Shown piece after piece: positions 7,732 to 15,921 of a DNA stretch of 40,471 nt. The notes beneath the pieces are model-generated. The model had not been told where the DNA came from, ran no database searches, and saw only the letters and a program-made list of their open reading frames with translations. Source of the stretch: a virus (Duplodnaviria > Heunggongvirae > Uroviricota > Caudoviricetes); the IMG/VR virus record IMGVR_UViG_2547132281_000014, positions 1 to 40,471 of that record. One strand, 5' to 3'. A program made the position numbers and the translations under genes. The first letter of the stretch is position 1, and each line of letters begins with the position of its first letter.

Positions 7732-8472
7732 CTATAACCGATTGTATTTTATTGACTCATGAATCAACGCCTTGCCCATTACATAAAGCTGATCCTGCGA
7801 TTTTTCATCGATGTACCATTTCTCATAGGCAGGGTTATCCGAAAGAACGGCTAGCTTGTCACCTTGCATTTGAAGACGTTTAACATGAAAAGTCTTACCG
7901 TAAACGAAAGAGTAAATTCCATCAGTCTGGAAGTGACGAACAGAAATGTCGACAAACAGTCGATCTCCGGAAACGAGAGTAGGGGACATACTATCGCCAT
8001 TTACAGTCATAACCTTAATATCATCCTGAGAACGGTTACCGAAAAGAGAACGGGCATGTTCTGTTGTGAACTCAATGGCGTAGAGCACATCAACATAGTC
8101 TGAAAGCATATAGGTTCCAGGTCCTGCGCTAACGCTAAGATCTAAAACTTCTATCCTGTATACGTCGGGTTTTGTTGGATTGGGGATGCTTGCCATTTCC
8201 TTACATCCTTCTCTCTCGCCAACACCATATTCTAAATATGAAGCCGATACCCCCAGAGCCAACGCAAGTTTATTCATGACAGAGGCACGAGGCTTCGCTG
8301 CGCCGATTGTGTATCGCCGCGCCATTTCATATGTAACGCCAACAAGACTTTTGAGTTGGGTGACAGAAATTCCCTTGTTTGTCATTAACTCGTTTAGTCT
8401 CTTGGCGAAATCTGGATACTTCTGTTCTTCTACCATAGGTAGAAGATTACTCACATCACATACGCTCGTCAT
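7732..8472 (-). CDS. CI-like prophage repressor (XRE HTH plus S24/LexA-type autopeptidase domain)
   Basis: N-terminal HTH (FAKRLNELMTNKGISVTQLKSLVGVTYEMARRY). C-terminal GDSMSPTL...K(R)L Ser/Lys dyad pattern. Divergent from cro across operator repeats. The start is uncertain: ATG 8472 is possibly leaderless, and ATG 8436 is the alternative. Confidence 0.88.
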   Translation of the reverse strand: MTSVCDVSNLLPMVEEQKYPDFAKRLNELMTNKGISVTQLKSLVGVTYEMARRYTIGAAKPRASVMNKLALALGVSASYLEYGVGEREGCKEMASIPNPTKPDVYRIEVLDLSVSAGPGTYMLSDYVDVLYAIEFTTEHARSLFGNRSQDDIKVMTVNGDSMSPTLVSGDRLFVDISVRHFQTDGIYSFVYGKTFHVKRLQMQGDKLAVLSDNPAYEKWYIDEKSQDQLYVMGKALIHESIKYNRL

Positions 8473-8474
8473 TT

Positions 8475-8516
8475 CTATTTTAAGTAGTTGCAATTCGCTA
8501 CTTTAAGTAGCATTAT
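8475..8516 (+). promoter_or_regulatory. Putative pR with two operators (OR); probable divergent pRM
   Basis: TTGCAA (8488-8493), 17-bp spacer, CATTAT (8511-8516). Operators CTATTTTAAGTAG (8475-8487) and CTACTTTAAGTAG (8498-8510) are 23 bp apart. On the minus strand, TAAAAT lies just upstream of the cI ATG at 8472. Confidence 0.6.
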
Positions 8517-8543
8517 CCCCTCTGGATTTCAGAGGAGAAAGAT

Positions 8544-8807
8544 ATGTCATCTCAAAACTACACCGAGAAAGCAGTAAAGGCTGCGGGAAAGTCTTTATCT
8601 GAAGTAGCTCGTCGCTTTGGTTTTAAATCTACTCAATCTGTCGCTAATTGGGTAATTAACAATCAAGTCCCGTCGGAACGAGTTTTACAACTTTGTGAGC
8701 TGGGGAACTGGTCCGTAACCCCCCATGAGCTGCGTCCTGATATTTATCCAAATCCAAATGATGGATTACCAGAGTGCTATTCAAAAGTTAGCGGTTCAGT
8801 TGCGTAA
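8544..8807 (+). CDS. Cro/YdaS-type HTH regulator (87 aa)
   Basis: First gene downstream of pR, with SD GAGGAG. HTH segment SLSEVARRFGFKSTQSVANWV. Confidence 0.8.
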   Translation: MSSQNYTEKAVKAAGKSLSEVARRFGFKSTQSVANWVINNQVPSERVLQLCELGNWSVTPHELRPDIYPNPNDGLPECYSKVSGSVA

Positions 8808-8835
8808 ACGTAACCACAGAAACGAGGAGTTAACC

Positions 8836-9387
8836 GTGGGTAAGCATCACTGGAAAGTAGAAAAACAGCCTGAGTGGTACGTGAAAGCTGTCAGAAAAAC
8901 TATCGCGGCGTTGCCGGGTGGTTACGCTGAAGCTGCTGACTGGCTGGATGTAACAGAGAACGCATTATTTAACCGCCTTCGTGCCGATGGCGATCAGATT
9001 TTCCCGCTGGGATGGGCAATGGTTTTACAGCGCGCAGCTGGCACTCACTACATTGCTGATGCTGTCGCACAGTCTGCTGGTGGGGTGTTCGTATCGCTTC
9101 CTGAAATTGAGGAAGTAGAGAACGCCGATATAAACCAGCGCCTGCTGGAAGTCATCGAACAGATCGGGAGTTACTCAAAGCAGATTCGTTCGGCAATCGA
9201 AGATGGGGTAGTGGAGCCACACGAGCAGACAGCAATTAATGATGAGTTGTATCTGTCAATTTCGAAGCTCCAGGAGCATGCAGCACTGGTCTACAAAATC
9301 TTTTGCGCTCCAGAAAAGAGTGACGCCCGCGAGTGTGCAGCTCCGGGCGCCGTGGCGTGTCGTGACTGTGGAGAAACTAACGCATGA
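8836..9387 (+). CDS. CII-position regulatory protein, YmfL-like (183 aa)
   Basis: GTG at 8836 is preceded by GAGGAG. The track start at 8725 would overlap cro. The sequence [21 protein letters not shown]... resembles e14 YmfL as I recall it. Confidence 0.65.
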   Translation: MGKHHWKVEKQPEWYVKAVRKTIAALPGGYAEAADWLDVTENALFNRLRADGDQIFPLGWAMVLQRAAGTHYIADAVAQSAGGVFVSLPEIEEVENADINQRLLEVIEQIGSYSKQIRSAIEDGVVEPHEQTAINDELYLSISKLQEHAALVYKIFCAPEKSDARECAAPGAVACRDCGETNA

Positions 9388-9722
9388 ACAGTTTAACAAC
9401 ACACTACCGTCGCTCGCAACTGATTGCGCTTCCTGTACCGGGTGGAAAAGCGAAGGTGGAGTATTGCTATGCAGTAAATGTACCAGGTGACAGGGAAATT
9501 GTAACCCACAGCTTTGCAGAGTGGGCTGTGGGTGATTTCAACCGGCAGAAGGAGACAGTCCTTTGCGACAAGTTAACCGCTGGTTCAAAGATCACTACGG
9601 AGTGCCCGTCAGAGTCATTCGTTGGGAGCCGGAAACACAACGGGTTATCTACCTCCGTGAAGGCTATGAGCATGAGTGCTTCAGCCCGCTCGAACAGTTT
9701 CGTCGTAAATTCAGGGAAATAG
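9384..9722 (+). CDS. YmfM-like hypothetical protein (112 aa); the 3' half is questionable
   Basis: ATGA overlap with the upstream stop supports the start. The C-terminal half is low-complexity. It is fully overlapped by a better-looking ORF in another frame (see 9563-9742). Confidence 0.4.
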   Translation: MNSLTTHYRRSQLIALPVPGGKAKVEYCYAVNVPGDREIVTHSFAEWAVGDFNRQKETVLCDKLTAGSKITTECPSESFVGSRKHNGLSTSVKAMSMSASARSNSFVVNSGK

Positions 9723-9742
9723 AGGTCGGTCATGAGCACTAA
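9563..9742 (+). CDS. Unlisted 59-aa ORF (TTG start), possibly a DUF4222-like small phage protein
   Basis: AAGGAG lies 7 nt upstream of the TTG at 9563. Translation: [59 protein letters not shown]. Its stop overlaps the O-like gene start (ATGAGCACTAA). Confidence 0.4.
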   Translation: MRQVNRWFKDHYGVPVRVIRWEPETQRVIYLREGYEHECFSPLEQFRRKFREIEVGHEH

Positions 9743-10673
9743 ATTAACCGGCTATGTATGGGATGGTTGCGCTGCGTCAGGCATGAAATTATCCAGCGTG
9801 GCAATTATGGCCCGCCTGGCTGATTTCAGTAATGACGAAGGTGTGTGCTGGCCATCAATTGAAACCATTGCCCGTCAGATTGGCGCGGGGATGAGTACCG
9901 TCAGAACGGCTATCGCACGGCTGGAAGCAGAAGGCTGGTTAACGCGTAAGGCGCGTCGCCAGGGTAACCGCAATGCGTCGAATGTTTATCAGCTTAACGT
10001 TGCGAAGCTTCAGGCAGCGGCATTTTCTCAACTGTCAGATTCTGACCCGTCAAAATCTGACGCATCAAAATCTGACCCGTCAAAATTTGATGCGTCGAAA
10101 TCTGGCAAAAAAGCGGGTTTTCACCCGTCAGAATCTGGCGGGGATCCGTCAGTAAAATCAAAACATGATCCGTCAGATAAAAAACCTTCTCGTCCGGACG
10201 CTTCGCAACCGGACACGCAGACGGCTGAACAGGATTTTTTAACTCGCCATCCTGATGCGGTTGTATTCAGCCCTAAAAAGCGCCAGTGGGGAACGCAGGA
10301 TGATTTGACCTGCGCACAGTGGCTCTGGAAAAAAATCATCGCCCTGTACGAGCAGGCCGCCGAATGTGACGGCGAGGTGGTTCGTCCCAAAGAACCGAAC
10401 TGGACAGCCTGGGCAAACGAAATTCGCCTGATGTGTGTGCAGGATGGTCGTAATCATAAACAAATCTGCGAGATGTACAGCCGCGTCAGTCGCGATCCGT
10501 TCTGGTGCCGTAACGTGCTCAGCCCGTCGAAGCTGCGGGAAAAATGGGATGAGCTTTCCCTGCGCTTATCGCCGTCCATCAGCACATACACAGAAAAACG
10601 CGAAGACCCATATTTCAAATCCAGTTACGACAACGTGGACTACAGCCAGATCCCGGCAGGATTCAGGGGGTGA
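9732..10673 (+). CDS. Replication initiator, lambda O-like (winged-helix N-terminus, internal origin repeats)
   Basis: N-terminal wHTH segment (ARLADFSNDEGVCWPSIETIARQIGAGMSTVRTAIARLEAEGWL). Iterons lie inside the coding sequence, as in lambda O. Confidence 0.82.
   Translation: MSTKLTGYVWDGCAASGMKLSSVAIMARLADFSNDEGVCWPSIETIARQIGAGMSTVRTAIARLEAEGWLTRKARRQGNRNASNVYQLNVAKLQAAAFSQLSDSDPSKSDASKSDPSKFDASKSGKKAGFHPSESGGDPSVKSKHDPSDKKPSRPDASQPDTQTAEQDFLTRHPDAVVFSPKKRQWGTQDDLTCAQWLWKKIIALYEQAAECDGEVVRPKEPNWTAWANEIRLMCVQDGRNHKQICEMYSRVSRDPFWCRNVLSPSKLREKWDELSLRLSPSISTYTEKREDPYFKSSYDNVDYSQIPAGFRG
10035..10139. repeat. Origin iterons: five tandem 15-bp units (TCAnAnTCTGAC-type, internally palindromic) plus a spaced sixth copy
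   Basis: The five units start at 10035, 10050, 10065, 10080 and 10095. A further copy sits at 10128-10139, with degenerate copies near 10149 and 10172. They encode an SDxSK peptide repeat in frame. Confidence 0.75.
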
Positions 10674-11164
10674 GCATGAGTCTTTTGAATGAAGTTCAGA
10701 AATTCATTGAAGCCCATCCGGGCTGTACTTCCGGAGACATTGCGGATGCTTTTGCAGGTTACTCACGGCAGCGCGTTCTGCAGTCAGCAAGCAAGTTACG
10801 TCAGAGTGGGCGTGTGGCTCACTATTGTGAAGGGGATACACGCAGACATTTCCCGCGCCTGACTGAGAGAGCGCAGGAGCCGGAACCGCAACCAGTTCGT
10901 GAAACCAGACCTGTGCGCAATTTCTATGTCGGCACTAACGATCCACGGGTGATTTTGTGCCTGACCCGCCAGGCTGAAGAACTGGAGTCCAGGGGCCTAT
11001 ACCGTCGTGCTGCAACGGTGTGGATGGCGGCATTCCGTGAAAGCCACTCCCAGCCAGAACGAAACAATTTTCTGGCGCGTCGTGAGCAGTGCTTACAGAA
11101 AAGCAGCAAGCGCGCTGCATCGGGTGAAGAGTGGTATCTGTCAGGGAATTACGTGGGGGCTTAA
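10670..11164 (+). CDS. yfdN: YfdN-like protein with a C-terminal ANR/PerC-like regulator motif (164 aa)
   Basis: The size matches my recollection of CPS-53 YfdN. The C-terminal LESRGLYRRAATVWMAAF...NFLARREQC resembles PerC/ANR-family proteins. An alternative ATG lies at 10676. Confidence 0.55.
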   Translation: MSMSLLNEVQKFIEAHPGCTSGDIADAFAGYSRQRVLQSASKLRQSGRVAHYCEGDTRRHFPRLTERAQEPEPQPVRETRPVRNFYVGTNDPRVILCLTRQAEELESRGLYRRAATVWMAAFRESHSQPERNNFLARREQCLQKSSKRAASGEEWYLSGNYVGA

Positions 11165-11817
11165 TGAGTAATAAATATTGCCAGGCGCTGGTGGAACTGC
11201 GGAACAAACCAGCCCATGAACTGAAGGAAGTGGGCGATCAGTGGCGCACGCCAGATAACATTTTCTGGGGAATTAACACCCTGTTTGGTCCGTTTGTTCT
11301 GGATCTGTTCACTGACGGTGATAACGCCAAATGTGCCGCGTATTACACGGCGGAAGACAACGCGCTGGCGCATGACTGGTCAGAACGTCTTGCGGAGCTT
11401 AAAGGTGCTGCCTTTGGTAATCCCCCATACAGCCGCGCCATTCAGCATGAGGGGCAATACATCACCGGCATGCGTTACATCATGAAGCATGCCAGAGCCA
11501 TGCGTGATAAAGGCGGGCGCTATGTTTTCCTGATCAAAGCTGCCACCAGCGAAGTGTGGTGGCCGGAAGATGCAGATCATATTGCTTTTATTCGCGGGCG
11601 TATTGGTTTTGAACTGCCTGCCTGGTTTATCCCGAAGGATGAGAAGCAGGTGCCGACAGGCGCTTTCTTCGCTGGTGCTATTGCTGTTTTCGACAAGACC
11701 TGGAAGGGACCGGCAATCAGCTACATCGGGCGCGATGAACTTGAGGCATGTGGTGAGGCGTTTCTGGCGCAGGTTCGCCAGCAGGCGGAAAAACTGGTCA
11801 GGGAGATGGCGGCATGA
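11164..11817 (+). CDS. Phage DNA N6-adenine methyltransferase (Dam-type)
   Basis: ATG at 11164 (TAATG overlap with the upstream gene). Catalytic NPPYS motif (GAAFGNPPYSR). N-terminal WRTPDNIFW is typical of the phage N6A-methylase family. Confidence 0.88.
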   Translation: MSNKYCQALVELRNKPAHELKEVGDQWRTPDNIFWGINTLFGPFVLDLFTDGDNAKCAAYYTAEDNALAHDWSERLAELKGAAFGNPPYSRAIQHEGQYITGMRYIMKHARAMRDKGGRYVFLIKAATSEVWWPEDADHIAFIRGRIGFELPAWFIPKDEKQVPTGAFFAGAIAVFDKTWKGPAISYIGRDELEACGEAFLAQVRQQAEKLVREMAA

Positions 11818-12140
11818 CGACGTTAACTCAATGCCAGCAGCAGGTGCTGGATATGCTGATTTCTTACCAGAAAGAACGTGGCTTTCCGCCAACCAATCAG
11901 GAGGTGGCAACCATGCTGGGATACCGTTCAGTGAATGCAGCAGTGGAGCATCTTCGCGCACTGGAGAAAAAAGGCGTCATCACGATAAAGCGTGGCGTGG
12001 CCCGGGGGATAACGCTTCATACCGCGGTGAAGGCCGACGACAGCGAGGCGGTCGGGATTATCCGCGCACTGCTTGCCGGTGAGGAAAACGGCAGGCTGCG
12101 TGCAGCCCACTGGTTACATGAGAGGGGCCTGAAAGTATGA
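11814..12140 (+). CDS. LexA DNA-binding-domain-only protein (108 aa)
   Basis: The sequence aligns by eye with the E. coli LexA N-terminal domain (QQQVLDML / GFPPTNQEVATMLGYRSVNAAVEHLRALEKKGVITI / ARGITL). No S24 cleavage or catalytic domain follows. Confidence 0.75.
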   Translation: MTTLTQCQQQVLDMLISYQKERGFPPTNQEVATMLGYRSVNAAVEHLRALEKKGVITIKRGVARGITLHTAVKADDSEAVGIIRALLAGEENGRLRAAHWLHERGLKV

Positions 12141-12526
12141 AGCTGATCCTGCCTTTCCCGCCCAGCGTGAACACGTACTGGCGACACCCCAACAAAGGGG
12201 CGTTTGCTGGTAAGAGCCTGATAAGCACGGCGGGGCGAAAATTCCAGAGCGCGGCGTGCGCAGCAATAGTTGAGCAGTTACGTCGTCTGCCGAAACCAAC
12301 GTCGGCACCTGCTTCAGTGGAGATCGTGTTGTTTCCTCCGGATAACAGGATCCGCGATCTGGACAACTATAACAAGGCGCTGTTTGACGCCCTGACCCAC
12401 GCGGGGGTGTGGGAAGACGACAGTCAGGTGAAAAGAATGCTGGTGGAGTGGGGACCGGTTATCCCGGAAGGGAAGGTCGAGATCACTATCAGTAAGTACG
12501 AGAAACCGGCGGGTGCAGCCGCCTGA
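12137..12526 (+). CDS. rusA: Holliday junction resolvase RusA
   Basis: MKLILPFPPSVNTYWRH...RDLDNYNKALFDALTHAGVWEDDSQV is the RusA signature. The position in the nin region is typical. Confidence 0.92.
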   Translation: MKLILPFPPSVNTYWRHPNKGAFAGKSLISTAGRKFQSAACAAIVEQLRRLPKPTSAPASVEIVLFPPDNRIRDLDNYNKALFDALTHAGVWEDDSQVKRMLVEWGPVIPEGKVEITISKYEKPAGAAA

Positions 12527-12545
12527 TTAAGAGGAGAAACGAAGT

Positions 12546-13343
12546 ATGAATAATCTGATGGTTATTGATGGTATTGAAGTTCGTCGTGATGCTTATGGGC
12601 GTTACAGCCTGAACGATCTGCACAGGGCTGCCGGTTCTCTGGATAAACATAAGCCTGCATTCTGGCTCCGCAATGAGCAAACCGAACGTTTAATAAGCGA
12701 GTTGCAGATTTGCAACTCGGTCAATATAGCGCCAGTTAACGTTATTCGTGGCGGAAATAACCAGGGGACGTATGTCTGCAAAGAACTGGTGTATGCCTAT
12801 GCAATGTGGATCAGCCCGTCATTCCATCTGAAGGTGATCCGTACTTTCGATATGGTAACCAGCACACCGGAAAAATTATCCGGGCAGGCTGCTGACAAGA
12901 TGCAGGCTGGCGTGATCCTGCTGGACTTTATGCGCCGGGAGTTAAATCTGTCTAACTCATCTGTGCTTGGGGCCTGTCAGAAACTCCAGGAGGCTGTTGG
13001 CTTACCGAATCTGGCACCGCGCTATGCCATTGATGCTCCTGCTGACGCGCCTGATGGCTCAAGTCGCCCTACGCTGTCGCTGAGTGCACTGCTGAAACAG
13101 TATGGTATCCGCCTTACGGCTAATCAGGCATATCACCAGATGGCGAAGCTGGGGATCGTCGAACAGCGCGAACGATACAGCCGTACAGCGATTAACAACA
13201 TCAAAAAATTCTGGTCGCTGACGGCGAAAGGCTGCATGTTCGGCAAGAACATCACCAGTCCTGCAAATCCGCGCGAGACGCAGCCGCATTTCTTCGAATC
13301 CCGATTCCCTGAGCTGTTAAAGCTGCTCGATACCGTTCATTGA
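12546..13343 (+). CDS. KilA-N domain protein (265 aa)
   Basis: N-terminal KilA-N pattern (YSLNDLHRAAG...KPAFWLRNEQT...GTYVCKELVYAYAMWISPSFHLKVI). SD GAGGAG upstream. Confidence 0.82.
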   Translation: MNNLMVIDGIEVRRDAYGRYSLNDLHRAAGSLDKHKPAFWLRNEQTERLISELQICNSVNIAPVNVIRGGNNQGTYVCKELVYAYAMWISPSFHLKVIRTFDMVTSTPEKLSGQAADKMQAGVILLDFMRRELNLSNSSVLGACQKLQEAVGLPNLAPRYAIDAPADAPDGSSRPTLSLSALLKQYGIRLTANQAYHQMAKLGIVEQRERYSRTAINNIKKFWSLTAKGCMFGKNITSPANPRETQPHFFESRFPELLKLLDTVH

Positions 13344-13344
13344 G

Positions 13345-14340
13345 GTGACCGTGAGAGCACTACTGACCCCTGAAATTGCCCCGCGTATGGGGATCGTATT
13401 GTTCAGGCCTGGTTCAGAGCTGATGCCCCTGTTTATGCAGGGGCGTGTCCTGCTGGAGCCTGAGCCGGAAAGTTATTCATCTTTCGCCAGTGGTGCCGTT
13501 CCGGCGGCATCACAACCGCTGGCGGATGATCCTGCCGTTCGGGCCGTGTTCCGCAATGAGGCAGTGATCCGTCGTGCTGGTGGCGTGGAATGTCTTGAAA
13601 GCTGGTTACTTCGTGAAAAGGGCTGCCAGTGGCCTCATTCCGACTGGCACAGCGAGAACATGACCACAATGCGACACGCTCCGGGCGCAATCCGTCTGTG
13701 CTGGCACTGCGATAACCAGCAGCGCGATCAGTTCACGGAACGGCTGGAATCAATGGCAACGGATAACTGTGCCCGCTGGGTGTTGTCTGTTGTGCGTCGG
13801 GATCTCGGTTTTGATGACAGTCACGTTGTGACAATGCCGGAACTGTGCTGGTGGCTGGTTCGTAATGACCTGGCGGGTGCCTTGCCGGAAAGTGCAGCCC
13901 GTAAGGCACTGAGATTACCGAAGCCTGTTGTGCCGTCTGTCACCCGGGAAAGTGACCTTGTTCCTTCGGTTCCTGCCACCAGCATCATCCAGGATAAAGT
14001 GAAAAAGGTGCTGGCGCTGAAAGTGGATCCGGAGTCGCCGGAGTCTTTTATGTTACGCCCAAAACGTCGCCGCTGGGTTAACGAAAAGTACACGCGCTGG
14101 GTTAAGACACAGCCGTGTGCATGTTGTGGAAAGCCTGCTGATGATCCCCACCACCTGATAGGCCACGGTCAGAGGGGAATGGGTACAAAAGCGCATGACC
14201 TCTTTGTGTTGCCTTTGTGCAGAAAGCATCACGACGAGCTGCATGCGGATACCGTGGCATTTGAAGAGAAGTATGGCTCCCAGCTGGAGCTGATATTTCG
14301 TTTTATCGATCGCGCGCTGGCAATTGGCGTGCTGGCCTGA
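13345..14340 (+). CDS. DUF968-type (YdfU-like) nin-region protein with a C-terminal HNH-like Cys/His cluster
   Basis: C-terminus QPCACCGKPADDPHHL...LCRKHHDELH. Position directly upstream of Q. Confidence 0.75.
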   Translation: MTVRALLTPEIAPRMGIVLFRPGSELMPLFMQGRVLLEPEPESYSSFASGAVPAASQPLADDPAVRAVFRNEAVIRRAGGVECLESWLLREKGCQWPHSDWHSENMTTMRHAPGAIRLCWHCDNQQRDQFTERLESMATDNCARWVLSVVRRDLGFDDSHVVTMPELCWWLVRNDLAGALPESAARKALRLPKPVVPSVTRESDLVPSVPATSIIQDKVKKVLALKVDPESPESFMLRPKRRRWVNEKYTRWVKTQPCACCGKPADDPHHLIGHGQRGMGTKAHDLFVLPLCRKHHDELHADTVAFEEKYGSQLELIFRFIDRALAIGVLA

Positions 14341-14355
14341 TTTTTTCGGAGAAAG

Positions 14356-14721
14356 GTGATGCGTGATATTCAGATGGTTCTGGATCGTTGGGGAGCATGG
14401 GCGGCGAGTGATAGTTCAGGAGTAGATTATTCTCCTATAGCTGCTGGGTTTAAAGGGCTTCTTCCCTATACAAGCAAAACACGTCAGGCTTGTTCAGATA
14501 GTGATGCATTAATTATTGAAGGTTGTCTTGCTCGTCTAAAGCAAAAAAGGCCGGACGAACATTCGCTTCTTGTTGCCCATTACCTATACGGTATCTCTAA
14601 AAGAAAGCTCGCCAAGGCTAGTAAAAAGGATGAGAAACTAATACGCATTGAGATACAGATGGCTGAGGGATTTATCGATGGTTGCCTTAGTATGCTCGAT
14701 ATACGTTTAGAATGTGAATAG
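14356..14721 (+). CDS. Late-gene antiterminator Q family protein
   Basis: 121-aa ORF with the DRWGAWA... motif typical of one Q family. It is the last gene before the lysis region. The ATG at 14359 is the likelier start. Confidence 0.78.
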   Translation: MMRDIQMVLDRWGAWAASDSSGVDYSPIAAGFKGLLPYTSKTRQACSDSDALIIEGCLARLKQKRPDEHSLLVAHYLYGISKRKLAKASKKDEKLIRIEIQMAEGFIDGCLSMLDIRLECE

Positions 14722-14725
14722 ATAC

Positions 14726-14755
14726 AACAACGGCTCTTAGAGAGCCGTTGTTTTT
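14726..14755 (+). terminator. Rho-independent terminator directly after Q; it also abuts the 3' end of the convergent minus-strand unit
   Basis: AACAACGGCTCT-tag-AGAGCCGTTGTT followed by TTT. A 12-bp stem read directly in the sequence. Confidence 0.7.
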
Positions 14756-14933
14756 AGAAACTGTTTTTTATGACTGAACCTGTGGTGCAACTTAAAAAGT
14801 TACTGTAGCCATTGACGCCATTGTTGCTTGTTTTTTGAGCAGTGGATGGAATGCTTGCTGGCTTAGGCGCAGCTGTAGTTGTATGCCTGTTAGTATAGAC
14901 TACAAAGTTACCTGTAGATGATTTGTTATCCAT
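14754..14933 (-). CDS. Unlisted 59-aa ORF translationally coupled to the protease gene (Thr/Ser/Asn-rich)
   Basis: The ATG at 14933 overlaps the protease stop (cATGGATAA). Translation: MDNKSSTGNFVVYTNRHTTTAAPKPASIPSTAQKTSNNGVNGYSNFLSCTTGSVIKNSF. The stop abuts the 14726-14755 hairpin. The sequence is low-complexity, so coding status is uncertain. Confidence 0.3.
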   Translation of the reverse strand: MDNKSSTGNFVVYTNRHTTTAAPKPASIPSTAQKTSNNGVNGYSNFLSCTTGSVIKNSF

Positions 14934-15921
14934 GTCGAGCCCACCCCTCTGAGATAAGGTTATGATTTATGCCGAACTGACCTGGGACGCCTGGAACTTG
15001 CAAACGCTGTAACATCCCCTCAGTGCGGAATTGATATGAAAACGTGTCTGGAGCCTCTAAAATGCTTCTGACAGATACGTACGATGCCTGGTTAACTGTT
15101 CCTAAGATAGCATTTGGGTCAAAAGGTTCACCCAGATGCATCTCAGTTTTGAAATCTTCATAAATTTCTTTGATCAGACTGTAAAGGTGCTCATCTGGTT
15201 TTTCCACCGTAAGACCTAAATCGTTTACCGCTTCAATCCTATTTATAGTGTAGTCATGGCTACCAGAATCACTACAAAGGAAACTTACAATTTTCTCAAT
15301 GCTTTCACTATCAGTGAGTTGGTGAGACAGTAGTTTTCTTGCGAGCATTTGAATCTGCGCTTTAGCTCGATAGACTTTTCCAAGTACCAAGGGATGAACC
15401 TTTTCACTTAATGCAAGGAGGATCTGTGCAAGTGAGGCATCATCTTTGATATTCAAATCATGCTTAACTACTTCAAGATAGCCATTGATTTCTTCAACAC
15501 TGACTGGAAGTTGAAGTGGCTGCCCATTGATTATGGCCGAAGGGTTAAGTGGTGTATTCACACTTGGATCGATTGGCCCTAAGGTTGCCTGCTTGGTCAT
15601 AACCAAGTTGTTCGCGCCAAGGCACATTATCGTCCCAGAACTATGGCATTTTGATGGGATTATGATTTCGAGTTCTTTACAAAACTGACGAAGCAGGTTT
15701 ACAAGGCTCCATGCTGTTAAAGTGTCGCCGCCTCGCGTATAGAGCACGAGGCTAATTTTTTGAACATCACCTATCACATCAAGATGATTGACGAACAGAT
15801 CGAATACATCAGCGCTGATTTGAGCTTCTTGGTTTGGTCTATCACCTGTTACATAGCATAATACTTTTGAATTGCGTGCTTGTTCCAGTTGCGCATACAG
15901 GGCTTTACGCTGCTCAAACAT
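14926..15921 (-). CDS. SDH-family / Clp-fold (S49-like) serine protease, 331 aa, reverse-strand moron between Q and the lysis genes
   Basis: N-terminal half VLCYVTGDRP...ISLVLYTRGGDTLTAWSLVNLL...PSKCHSSGTIMCLGANNLVM fits the ClpP/SppA-like fold, with a candidate nucleophile Ser in HSSGT. SD AGGA. AT-rich relative to its flanks. Confidence 0.7.
   Translation of the reverse strand: MFEQRKALYAQLEQARNSKVLCYVTGDRPNQEAQISADVFDLFVNHLDVIGDVQKISLVLYTRGGDTLTAWSLVNLLRQFCKELEIIIPSKCHSSGTIMCLGANNLVMTKQATLGPIDPSVNTPLNPSAIINGQPLQLPVSVEEINGYLEVVKHDLNIKDDASLAQILLALSEKVHPLVLGKVYRAKAQIQMLARKLLSHQLTDSESIEKIVSFLCSDSGSHDYTINRIEAVNDLGLTVEKPDEHLYSLIKEIYEDFKTEMHLGEPFDPNAILGTVNQASYVSVRSILEAPDTFSYQFRTEGMLQRLQVPGVPGQFGINHNLISEGWARHG

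Noticed and set aside
8725-8835. Upstream extension of the CII-position gene (track start 8725)
   Set aside because: It would overlap cro by 83 nt in another frame and has no SD. The GTG at 8836 has a GAGGAG SD and starts just after the cro stop.
10035-10139. Possible CRISPR-like or minisatellite array
   Set aside because: The 15-bp period has no spacers, and the repeats are in frame inside the O-like gene. They are classic origin iterons. The alternative-frame ORF 9973..10155 is an artefact of the repeats.
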